From the NCBI GenBank assembly GCA_002068885.1, contig MWBC01000004.1:2901-34900 (forward strand): a stretch of 32,000 nucleotides of DNA, read 5' to 3'. The position numbers and the translations under genes are program-made. The stretch comes from an archaeon ADurb.Bin336 (GTDB lineage Archaea; Iainarchaeota; Iainarchaeia; Iainarchaeales; JAAZKV01). Below the pieces are notes generated by a model. The model was not told where the DNA came from. It did no database searches and saw only the letters and a list, made by a program, of their open reading frames with translations. Every line of letters starts with the position of its first letter. Position 1 is the stretch's first letter. Shown here in pieces: positions 24,949 to 32,000 of this stretch.

Positions 24949-25575
24949 ATGGTGGATTTGAACGAGAGTAAAAAACTTTTGGTTGTTAGAAACGAGTTAA
25001 TAAATTGTGCAACAAAACACCCTCTATTTTTGAATGTAAAAAAAACTAATGGCCATATTGTTTTTGGAAGGGGAAGTGATGAGGCCAAAGTATTGTTTAT
25101 TGGAGAAGCTCCTGGTTTTACGGAGAACACAATAGGAAAACCTTTTGTGGGAAGGAGTGGTAAACTCCTTGAAGAATGGGTTAAGGAGGTAGGATTAACT
25201 CAAAGTGATTATGCAATAATGAATGTTGTTCCAATAATTCCACTAAGTGAAGAAAACAAAATTCGTCCACCCACTCCGCAAGAAATTAATTATTTTTTAC
25301 CCCAAACAATGAAAATGGTTAACACCATTAACCCAAGTGTGATAGTGTTGCTTGGAAAAAGTGCTGCTAGGGCATTTGGTAAAGAAAATATGCGAGTGGG
25401 GGAAAGTGTTTTACACGAAGGAAAAAAAATGTTTTTCATTTACCATCCAGCTTATTATTTAAGAAACGGCAAAAAGGGATTTGAGGATTTAACTAACTTA
25501 AAAAAAATAATTAGTGAGAACAAAAATTCAAAACAAACTAGTTTGAACAACTTTAAAACAAATCAAAATGAATAA
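24949..25575 (+). CDS. udg: Uracil-DNA glycosylase, family-4-like, lacking the Fe-S cysteines
   Basis: VLFIGEAPGFTENTIGKPFVGRSGKLL is motif A (GEAPG-x-x-E...PFVG-x-x-G) and FFIYHPAYYLRN is motif B (HP-x-x-x-LR). There is only one Cys in the whole protein. Confidence 0.8.
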   Translation: MVDLNESKKLLVVRNELINCATKHPLFLNVKKTNGHIVFGRGSDEAKVLFIGEAPGFTENTIGKPFVGRSGKLLEEWVKEVGLTQSDYAIMNVVPIIPLSEENKIRPPTPQEINYFLPQTMKMVNTINPSVIVLLGKSAARAFGKENMRVGESVLHEGKKMFFIYHPAYYLRNGKKGFEDLTNLKKIISENKNSKQTSLNNFKTNQNE

Positions 25576-25670
25576 CTTAAGACAAATCAATATGAACAAA
25601 TTAAAACAAATTAATTTGAACAAATTAAAAAAAATTAATATGAACAAATTAAGACAAATCAATAAATAAC
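25544..25670. repeat. Five tandem ~24-nt units spanning the UDG stop codon
   Basis: TGAACAACTTTAAAACAAATCAAAA / TGAATAACTTAAGACAAATCAATA / TGAACAAATTAAAACAAATTAATT / TGAACAAATTAAAAAAAATTAATA / TGAACAAATTAAGACAAATCAATAAA. The first unit encodes the last residues of the protein (LNNFKTNQNE*). Confidence 0.7.
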
Positions 25671-25715
25671 TTCGAACCAAACCAACACTAGCACAAATAA
25701 CTTTTTTAAAAAAAA

Positions 25716-26495
25716 TTATCGCACATAGGATAATCCACTTTCATTCTTTTCTTCAACTTCTGCTTGTTGGAGATTTGTAGTTAATTCTTTAAACGCTTTT
25801 TCAATTGATTTAGCATCCTTTTCAATACTCTTCATTTTTAATTTTAAATTAAATCTCTTTGAAATTAATTCAATTACTTGCTTTGCAGAACCTTGATCAC
25901 CATAAACTAATTGAGGATTTGTTTCGCCCATCAAACAAGCTCCTTTAATTCCATGCAATCTACCTATACCAACAATTAACCCAGCTGCTCCAGAAATGAG
26001 CCCCTCTTTTTTATCCTCTTTTGCACCACACTTTTTCCAAGTATTAATTATTTCATCATCAGTCCCCGCAACAATAACATCAGGTTTTTTGTTCAATCTC
26101 CTATCCCCTACATTTAGACCTGCTAGAGTAATTATTTCAGTCACTCCCACGCTCTTAAAAAAACCAACTAAAGTTTCTGCAAACTCATAGTGTTCATGAG
26201 CAGAACCTACTTTAAAATCAAGAGTTGGTTGAACTGGGCCAGCTAGAATCAAAAAATCTTTCCCCTTAAAATTAAAGTGAAAAACATCATCCTTAATCAA
26301 AAAAATTTTTGAGTTTTTAGTGTGAATACTTGGGGGAAAAGAATCGGATAAAACTTCAGCAATTTTTTCTGTTTTAAGTTGTTTTAATAAATAATCAACA
26401 GCAATTTTTCCAACTAAACCAATTCCAGGCAAACCAACTATAAGAGTTGCTTCCTTGAATTGAACTTTTTTTGTTACGAGTAACCTAGTAGGCAT
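25716..26495 (-). CDS. PAC2-family proteasome assembly chaperone-like protein
   Basis: 259 aa. The N-terminal LIVGLPGIGLVGKIAVDYL and the later AGLIVGIG...GACLMGET are typical of archaeal PAC2 (PbaA/PbaB-like) proteins. It has a coiled-coil C-terminal tail. Confidence 0.7.
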   Translation of the reverse strand: MPTRLLVTKKVQFKEATLIVGLPGIGLVGKIAVDYLLKQLKTEKIAEVLSDSFPPSIHTKNSKIFLIKDDVFHFNFKGKDFLILAGPVQPTLDFKVGSAHEHYEFAETLVGFFKSVGVTEIITLAGLNVGDRRLNKKPDVIVAGTDDEIINTWKKCGAKEDKKEGLISGAAGLIVGIGRLHGIKGACLMGETNPQLVYGDQGSAKQVIELISKRFNLKLKMKSIEKDAKSIEKAFKELTTNLQQAEVEEKNESGLSYVR

Positions 26496-26554
26496 GAATA
26501 ATTATTAAAAGAAAAAGAATATAAATCTTAAATCTAGTCACAAAAATGATTTAT

Positions 26555-27316
26555 TTACTTCTTATCATTCCTAGTAAATTCAAAAACAACTCCTAATTTT
26601 TTAGAGTTTTTTTGAGCGGAGTCAACTAACCTAGTGAGGGTTTTGTCCGCTTCTTTGTAAGTTAAACCGGAACAAGCTAAATTAAAAGAACCGCCCCCCG
26701 CATAAGCAACAATACAATTATTTGTTTCTTCAAATTCTTTTAATACACTCTTAATTAAATTAAGTCCGCCTGAAGAAAGACAATATATTTTTGCTTTACC
26801 AGAAATCTCTTTTTTTGAAACTACAATATTTTCTTTCACCAATTTTTTAACTGGTTCAACCCAAAATTTTTCAACCTCTCCAGAAAAATCATAACCCAAA
26901 GCAATTTTTTCAAACGCATCGTAAAGAGAACCATGTGCTTGTGAAAGAGGTTCTGCTACATTATCCCAAACTTCATCAAAAGATTTTTTTGTCATTTTTG
27001 ATAAAATCTCAATTAATTTTTCTTCTCTATTAATTTGTTTGAATTGATTCAAAACTTGCCTCTCCCTCATTGGGTTAACTCCGGCAAAAGACAAATCTAT
27101 TTGCCTCTTTGCTAAATCAACGTTAAGAACTTTTGCTACCCTAACCTGATTCATTTTAACAAAATTTCTAATATTTTTTACCCAAGAAGAAGAAACATTA
27201 CTAATGTGAATAAAACCCCTAGCATTATTATACTCAAGTAATTCTACAAACACCCCATAATCAAGTATTTGACTTACCTTAACTACTACAAAATCATCTC
27301 TATTTGGAAAATCCAT
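26555..27316 (-). CDS. eif2a: Translation initiation factor aIF2 alpha subunit
   Basis: 253 aa with an N-terminal S1 domain (DFVVVKVSQILDYGVFVELLEYNNARGFIHISNVSSSWVKNIRNFV...) followed by helical and alpha-beta domains. A TATA-like TTTTTATAAAGG sits about 24 nt upstream of the ATG, so the transcript may be leaderless. Confidence 0.88.
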   Translation of the reverse strand: MDFPNRDDFVVVKVSQILDYGVFVELLEYNNARGFIHISNVSSSWVKNIRNFVKMNQVRVAKVLNVDLAKRQIDLSFAGVNPMRERQVLNQFKQINREEKLIEILSKMTKKSFDEVWDNVAEPLSQAHGSLYDAFEKIALGYDFSGEVEKFWVEPVKKLVKENIVVSKKEISGKAKIYCLSSGGLNLIKSVLKEFEETNNCIVAYAGGGSFNLACSGLTYKEADKTLTRLVDSAQKNSKKLGVVFEFTRNDKK

Positions 27317-27447
27317 AAGAAAAACCTTTATAAAAACACTTAAAAAACTCTCTTATTAACCAAAAAAATATTTTTGACTAATTTAAAAAAAATATTTGAT
27401 TTAATTAAAAAATATCAATAAAAAATTATTCAATTAATCAAAAAAAA

Positions 27448-27984
27448 TTATGCTTCTTTAGCTATCTTTCTAGTAATAAACATCCTTGCTACTTTTTGAG
27501 GAAGCTTAACCTCTTGCCCTTTAGAATAAGGGCCATATTCTTTCATATCAGTTCCAACAAAAGTAGGAATATCTTGGAGTATTGAAAGATTAACTAAATC
27601 AGTTGTTTCTTTTTCATTTTCTCCAAACAAATCATAAAAAATTTCTCTATGAGTAACCAAAATTTTGTAAATTTTTTTGAACATCTCTTTCTCTTCAACA
27701 GACATATTATTATCATCATAATCTTTAGTGTGGGCAGAAATCAATGCTTTGTTCAAAATCTTTTTTTCCCTCATTTGAAAAATATCATCAATTATTCGCT
27801 TCAAATTAGTGAACTCCCTTGCTTGAGAGGAAGAAAAATTTTTTAGGGAAGCGAAGTATTTTTTCTTTTCATCTTCAACAAAATTTTCAAGAGAAGAAAT
27901 AAAATCATCTTCCACTTCAACGAGTTTAGAAGTATTTTTTTCAAGCCTGTGAATTCTCCTTAACTCATCATAATCAAGACGCAT
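27448..27984 (-). CDS. gins51: GINS complex subunit Gins51 (Gins15)-like
   Basis: MRLDYDELRRIHRLEKNTSKLVEVEDDFISSL...REKKILNKALISA... forms the A domain. The C-terminal VNLSILQDIPTFVGTDMKEYGPYSKGQEVKLPQKVARMFITRKIAKE forms the B domain. It lies directly downstream of priS, a linkage known from other archaea. The track ORF extends to 28047, but the extra 21 residues are hydrophobic filler. Confidence 0.65.
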   Translation of the reverse strand: MRLDYDELRRIHRLEKNTSKLVEVEDDFISSLENFVEDEKKKYFASLKNFSSSQAREFTNLKRIIDDIFQMREKKILNKALISAHTKDYDDNNMSVEEKEMFKKIYKILVTHREIFYDLFGENEKETTDLVNLSILQDIPTFVGTDMKEYGPYSKGQEVKLPQKVARMFITRKIAKEA

Positions 27985-28076
27985 AAATAAAAACCTAAAA
28001 TAATTGTGGAACAAATCAATTAAAAAGAATAGTGCGTTTAAAAACAAAATAAAAATTAAAAAATAATTTAATTAAC

Positions 28077-29225
28077 TTATTTTTGTTCTAAAACCGCACA
28101 CCCTTTTCCAATCAAATAAATTGCTACAAAAAGAGGCAACTCCTCTACTTGATTTTCAAAAGGCCCAAAGTGTTCCCCTTTAAGAATGAATTTGGGGGTT
28201 TTACTTATTTTTACTTTAATTGATTCACTACCAAATACAATAGTGTCTTTGAATGGATCAAAATCTTTTAAGTCATCTAAAGGAATTGATTTTGCAATAA
28301 GCCCTGTTTCTCCATGAAGAGTATTTGGAACCCTAACAATTTTGTGCAAATCAATGCTTGTTTGTCTATCAATAGGACTCATTTCTTTTGAAACAACATA
28401 ATCAAGAATATTCTTCCACAACACAGATTTTTTTTCTTTAAAAGGAAACAACAACCCCTTATCCAACGAATCAATAATAACCTCTTTTTTTGATAAAATA
28501 TTCTTAGTTTTTTTAGAAGATAATTTTAGAACACTTGAAATATTCTCTTCGCTAGAATCAAAAAACTCTTTTATTCCTTTTAGTATCCGCTTACTCCAAA
28601 GTCCTTTGGGAGTGGGCTTTGGACAATAAAGAGTATCTAGGTAAAACCCTAAATTAACATAATCCAACCCATACCCAGTTAAATAATCAACTAACTCTAT
28701 TCTGGATTTTTTATTCAAATTTTGAATAGAATCACTCTTCAAGTGAACGTGATACCCTGCTTTTCCAGAAAAATTAACTGAAATATCTTCTCTTAAAAAA
28801 CCAAAATCATTCTCCAAAAAATCTATTAACCTAAAAACTTGTTTTTTTGCTTCATCTAAATGCTCGTGCAAAAACCATTGAACTCCATCAATTTCTTCAA
28901 TAGAAATACCTAGTTCATCAGCATCAAACTCATAAATCAAATCCGCTTTAATCCATTCCTTTGTAACCATAGGAGTGTTGGAAGGAAATTTGTAACAAGA
29001 ATTAGAATAAGAAAAAAATAAGGGAGAGTCATTCCTCAAAAAATCATTCATTTCTTTTAGAGAAGAAAAAGACAAATTCCTATTAGCTATTTTTCTTTTA
29101 AAAACCCCAAACCCAAATTCTCTTAACTCTACACTAGGAACAGAATCAACAAAATTGTTTTTGTAAAATGAAGAAAAATGTTTTTTCAAGAAATCTGCTT
29201 CGGGAGAAGATTCAAATTGATACAC
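28077..29225 (-). CDS. priS: DNA primase small (catalytic) subunit PriS
   Basis: 382 aa. DLIYEFDADE is the catalytic DxD and FSGKAGYHVHL is the SG-x-GYH motif. ...RVPNTLHGETG also fits. The GTG start overlaps the priL TAG by 1 nt. Confidence 0.88.
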   Translation of the reverse strand: MYQFESSPEADFLKKHFSSFYKNNFVDSVPSVELREFGFGVFKRKIANRNLSFSSLKEMNDFLRNDSPLFFSYSNSCYKFPSNTPMVTKEWIKADLIYEFDADELGISIEEIDGVQWFLHEHLDEAKKQVFRLIDFLENDFGFLREDISVNFSGKAGYHVHLKSDSIQNLNKKSRIELVDYLTGYGLDYVNLGFYLDTLYCPKPTPKGLWSKRILKGIKEFFDSSEENISSVLKLSSKKTKNILSKKEVIIDSLDKGLLFPFKEKKSVLWKNILDYVVSKEMSPIDRQTSIDLHKIVRVPNTLHGETGLIAKSIPLDDLKDFDPFKDTIVFGSESIKVKISKTPKFILKGEHFGPFENQVEELPLFVAIYLIGKGCAVLEQK

Positions 29226-30277
29226 TACTCACCACCCCCTTTTTGAGCATTCTTTATCCTATTACTAATCCTTAACTTAGATAAATAAAACTGCATTGGG
29301 TGCTTATACTTACAACTCTTCCCACACTCATTAACCTTAAGTCCATACTCCGTCATTTTTTGACACCCTGGAGCAGACAACTCTTTTTCAAATATCCTAG
29401 AAACATGATAATCTGAAACTGATTTTTTGAAATCAGGACTCTTTGAAAAAAGAGTCATTAACTCTGTTTTATTCATCCCTACTTGATACAAAAAAGAAGC
29501 TAATGCAAGGCGAGCAGAATAAGTTAATTTTTTTCCTGCTAGTTGATCATTATAAAGTGCGAGCATACAAGGAGGAAAAAAATTTGGTTCTATTTTTCCA
29601 ACTAATTTTAAATCAAAAGATTTTTTCTCCATTACAATTAATTGAGAATCAATACTCTTTGAGAGAAAAGAAATTCTTTTAGGAATTTGATTTAAGGGAA
29701 TTGGTAGGGAAGAAAATACTTTTGAGTAAGCTAATTCTGACAAAAATCTTGCAAAATCATTTTGATTCAACAAAACTTTCCCATTATACACTTGCTTATT
29801 AACTACCTTGCTTTCATTATCAACAAAAAAAATTTTTAAATAATCAAGCAAATCAACTTCCACAAAACCCTTCTCCTCTGTCAAAACATACTTTAACCCA
29901 AAATCATCAGCCAATCTAAGGGACAAATCAAAAGAAGAATCACTATCCACTAAATTGTTGAACGTGTTCTTAAAATAAAAAAAAGAAAACTTTTCAACCA
30001 TATTATTTGTTTTCATTGAAGAAACAAACATTTTTGCAATAGGAAAAGAAATTATATCAAGTTCAAGAGCACTCTTTGAAGGATTAATTAAATCAAAATT
30101 TAATTTCTCACCTGAAAAAGATCTTGAAACAATTAACGCAGCTTTTTTTATTGCACTCTCACTAACATCATCAATAGAAATATCCAAATCCTTTAACACA
30201 TTCTTCGCTATTTGAGTAAAAGGAAATTTTTGAGCAAAGAGAAGATTATTCATAACAAAGAAATGGTCGCAAAGCAT
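29225..30277 (-). CDS. priL: DNA primase large subunit PriL
   Basis: 350 aa with FPPCMLALY..., ARLALASFL, and the C-terminal Fe-S cysteines (PGCQKM...NECGKSCKYKHP). An alternative start at ATG 30253 (MNNLLFAQKFPF) is plausible. Confidence 0.85.
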   Translation of the reverse strand: MLCDHFFVMNNLLFAQKFPFTQIAKNVLKDLDISIDDVSESAIKKAALIVSRSFSGEKLNFDLINPSKSALELDIISFPIAKMFVSSMKTNNMVEKFSFFYFKNTFNNLVDSDSSFDLSLRLADDFGLKYVLTEEKGFVEVDLLDYLKIFFVDNESKVVNKQVYNGKVLLNQNDFARFLSELAYSKVFSSLPIPLNQIPKRISFLSKSIDSQLIVMEKKSFDLKLVGKIEPNFFPPCMLALYNDQLAGKKLTYSARLALASFLYQVGMNKTELMTLFSKSPDFKKSVSDYHVSRIFEKELSAPGCQKMTEYGLKVNECGKSCKYKHPMQFYLSKLRISNRIKNAQKGGGE

Positions 30278-30346
30278 TAAAATAAAATATGATGCTCAAA
30301 AATTAATTATTTTAAAAAATCAAACAAGTAGGGGGCAAAAAATAAT

Positions 30347-30628
30347 TAGAGAACAAAAACTAATAGAGAAAAAACTAAAGAATCCTATAATGGATTACAA
30401 TAAGCAGAGAACCAAAAAAAACTAAAGAATCATATGAGCCAAATAAAAAACCATTTTACTAGAACCCAACCTTACACAAGGTTGACGAAAGAACTTGCCT
30501 GTTTATAACAGGCAGAGAACCAAAAAAAACTAAAGCTTCATTGAAATCAATTTTGTTTTGAAGGTTTACAACAGGCAGAGAACCAAAAAAAACTAAAGAA
30601 TCATATGAGCCAAATAAAAAACCATTTT
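30347..30628. repeat. Array of direct repeats derived from the 3' end of the PCNA gene and its oligo-T downstream sequence
   Basis: There is a perfect 54-nt repeat: 30404-30457 equals 30575-30628. There is also a 29-nt copy: 30507-30535 equals 30570-30598. Degenerate copies lie at about 30347-30384. On the minus strand each unit reads CTTTAG-TTTTTTTT-GGTTCTCTGC. Confidence 0.7.
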
Positions 30629-31309
30629 GCTTGGGCCAATGGTGTATGTTACTCTCATGGCAGAATCATTCTTTAACTCTATAGTAACTTGGTTGTCAAG
30701 AGGAGCTTGTTTTATAATATTTTGAAAAAAACTAAGAGAGAATTTTGCATTAACATCACTTTTTGAAGAAATGTTAGAAACTTTACTCGCATCAGCATCC
30801 ATTACTCCATTAGAACCCCTTGATTCAATGAAAAATTTTCCATTATTAATTTTCAAAATAATGCTTGAACCAAACAAAGAAGCATCTTTGAGAATTTCTT
30901 TCAAAGAAGAAGCACTAATCTCTATTTTTGCATCATAATTAATGCTAGGGGTTTTTACTTCATCCGAGGATACATCAATTAAAGGCAAACGAAAGTTTCG
31001 TTTAAGTTGGGATTCGAAAGCAATTTTCATTTCAGAGTCAGAGATTGAGAGAATTAATTTATCACTAGGTAAAGCACGTTGAAGAATTTTGTTTAACTCA
31101 ACTAAATCAACTCCAACAAAATTTGGTTCTATAGCATACTTATCAAAATACTTTTTATCAACAAAAAAATCTACTAAAACAACTTGAGAGGGGTCAATTG
31201 ACTTGAAAAAAACTCCTTTATCAGAGAAACGAAAATTTCCTTCAGGAACAAAAGAAGATATTGATTCCACCGCACTCCTAAAAAAATCTGATTGCCTTGA
31301 TTCAATCAT
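30593..31309 (-). CDS. pcn: DNA polymerase sliding clamp PCNA (paralog with an atypical C-terminus)
   Basis: 238 aa with a PCNA-like layout: ...FRFSDKGVFFKSIDPSQVVLVDF...VGVDLVELNKILQRA...FRLPLIDVSSDEV...ISASSLKEILKDA.... It ends FYLAHMIL instead of the usual LAPRIE. GAGGT lies 7 nt upstream of the ATG. Confidence 0.85.
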   Translation of the reverse strand: MIESRQSDFFRSAVESISSFVPEGNFRFSDKGVFFKSIDPSQVVLVDFFVDKKYFDKYAIEPNFVGVDLVELNKILQRALPSDKLILSISDSEMKIAFESQLKRNFRLPLIDVSSDEVKTPSINYDAKIEISASSLKEILKDASLFGSSIILKINNGKFFIESRGSNGVMDADASKVSNISSKSDVNAKFSLSFFQNIIKQAPLDNQVTIELKNDSAMRVTYTIGPSKMVFYLAHMIL

Positions 31310-31397
31310 AAAAAAACCTCTTTTGTGTACTCCAATAATAAAAAGAAAGAATAGAGAAGTATTTAAGAATTGCTTCTGAATTGTCTAAAAAAACTTT

Positions 31398-32000
31398 TTA
31401 AGCAGTTTCTATTCTTGGAGCTAAAAAGTAACTAATATTAGCATCCCCTATTTTGTAAGAAACTTTAACCGGAGCATTTGATTTTAAAAATAAATTAACT
31501 TTAGTGTCCCCAGAAGCTGCTTTTAGCATATCTTGTAAATAATCAAGTGGGAACATACTCCTGCACTCCCTCTTAACCCTAAACTCTGGGAGAGAATCCT
31601 TATTCTCTACTAATTCTTCATGCAAATTTCCTTTTGAAGAATTTGCTTTAACAAAAAACTTATCCTCACTACACCCAAGCACTAAGTGACTGCTAATTAA
31701 CGCAGCATCCTTGAAAGCATTTTGCAAAAAAGAAGCGGATATTACTAATTCTGAATCAAATTCTATCCTAGGATTAGGAACCTCGCTTGTAGAAATATCA
31801 ATTAAAGGAACTTGAAAAGATCTTTGCGCATTCCCTTTAAATGTTACTGAAAGAAAAGCTTTCTTCTCATCGATTGAAAGAGTTAAAGAATCTCCCCCTT
31901 GGGCTCTAGACAAAACTTGATTCAAATAATCCAAATCAAGTCCTAACCTATTCTCCACCACATCAAATTTTTCAAAAGAAGAAGAAGGCATTGAAAAATC
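31398..32000 (-). CDS. pcn: DNA polymerase sliding clamp PCNA (second paralog; N-terminus beyond the right edge)
   Basis: ...LGLDLDYLNQVLSRA...FQVPLIDISTSEV...ISASFLQNAFKDA...SYFLAPRIETA. The frame stays open upstream of the Met at 31991 (reading DFS-M...), and about 50 N-terminal residues of a normal PCNA are missing, so the gene continues past 32000. Confidence 0.85.
   Translation of the reverse strand, partial: DFSMPSSSFEKFDVVENRLGLDLDYLNQVLSRAQGGDSLTLSIDEKKAFLSVTFKGNAQRSFQVPLIDISTSEVPNPRIEFDSELVISASFLQNAFKDAALISSHLVLGCSEDKFFVKANSSKGNLHEELVENKDSLPEFRVKRECRSMFPLDYLQDMLKAASGDTKVNLFLKSNAPVKVSYKIGDANISYFLAPRIETA

Noticed and set aside
25716-25730. A C-terminal HbYX proteasome-docking motif on the PAC2-like protein
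   Set aside because: The protein ends ...LSYVR, with Tyr at position -3 rather than the penultimate position, so it is not a canonical HbYX.
27985-28047. A 21-residue N-terminal extension of the GINS ORF (MFLNALFFLIDLFHNYFRFLF)
   Set aside because: It is a hydrophobic, Phe-rich sequence unlike any GINS N-terminus. The conserved helix starts at MRLDYDEL, so the extension is probably just the open frame upstream of the true start.
30404-30628. A possible mini-CRISPR array (29-nt repeats, one 34-nt spacer)
   Set aside because: There are only 2-3 copies with irregular spacing (108 and 63 nt). One copy is the coding 3' end of PCNA. The repeats are A-rich with no typical CRISPR repeat structure, and no cas genes are present.

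Overview
This is a strongly AT-rich archaeal chromosome segment. The protein families present (aRF1, aIF2-alpha, L10e, Dph2, PriS/PriL, GINS, PCNA, PAC2, an S-layer protein) and the tight packing suggest a small-genome, possibly DPANN-type archaeon; that placement is inference only. TAA, TAG and TGA all end recognisable genes, so the genetic code looks standard.

Gene order, left to right:
- A partial Fic gene, then divergent tRNA-Gly(CCC) and tRNA-Cys(GCA).
- A GT-C glycosyltransferase, ribosomal protein L10e with an odd Ala/Lys/Thr tail, an S51 peptidase, and a histidine-phosphatase-like protein lacking the RHG motif.
- PEP synthase, Dph2, UMP kinase, aRF1 and TruD.
- An envelope cluster on the minus strand: a GT-C-like membrane protein, an anchored Cys protein, a processive GT2 synthase with the QxxRW motif, an anchored protein, and a Cys-free 844-aa S-layer protein.
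- A small accessory islet: a double-wHTH gene split at an A_AAA_AAA -1 slippery site, twin ATGC/GCAT palindromes, and a RelE/ParE-like toxin-antitoxin pair.
- Unknown membrane, wHTH, BofA-like and basic proteins, then a family-4-like UDG with no Fe-S cysteines.
- A co-directional minus-strand block: PCNA, PCNA, PriL, PriS, GINS51, aIF2-alpha, PAC2.

The most unusual sequence-level observation recurs three times. The 3' ends of pyrH, the UDG gene and the first PCNA gene are each followed by tandem, degenerate copies of their own last codons plus downstream sequence. The PCNA case includes a perfect 54-nt duplication.

I found no CRISPR array, no rRNA and no recognisable transposase. I cannot point to a clearly novel multi-gene system. 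The best candidates are the frameshift/operator/TA islet and the synthase operon linked to the S-layer gene.
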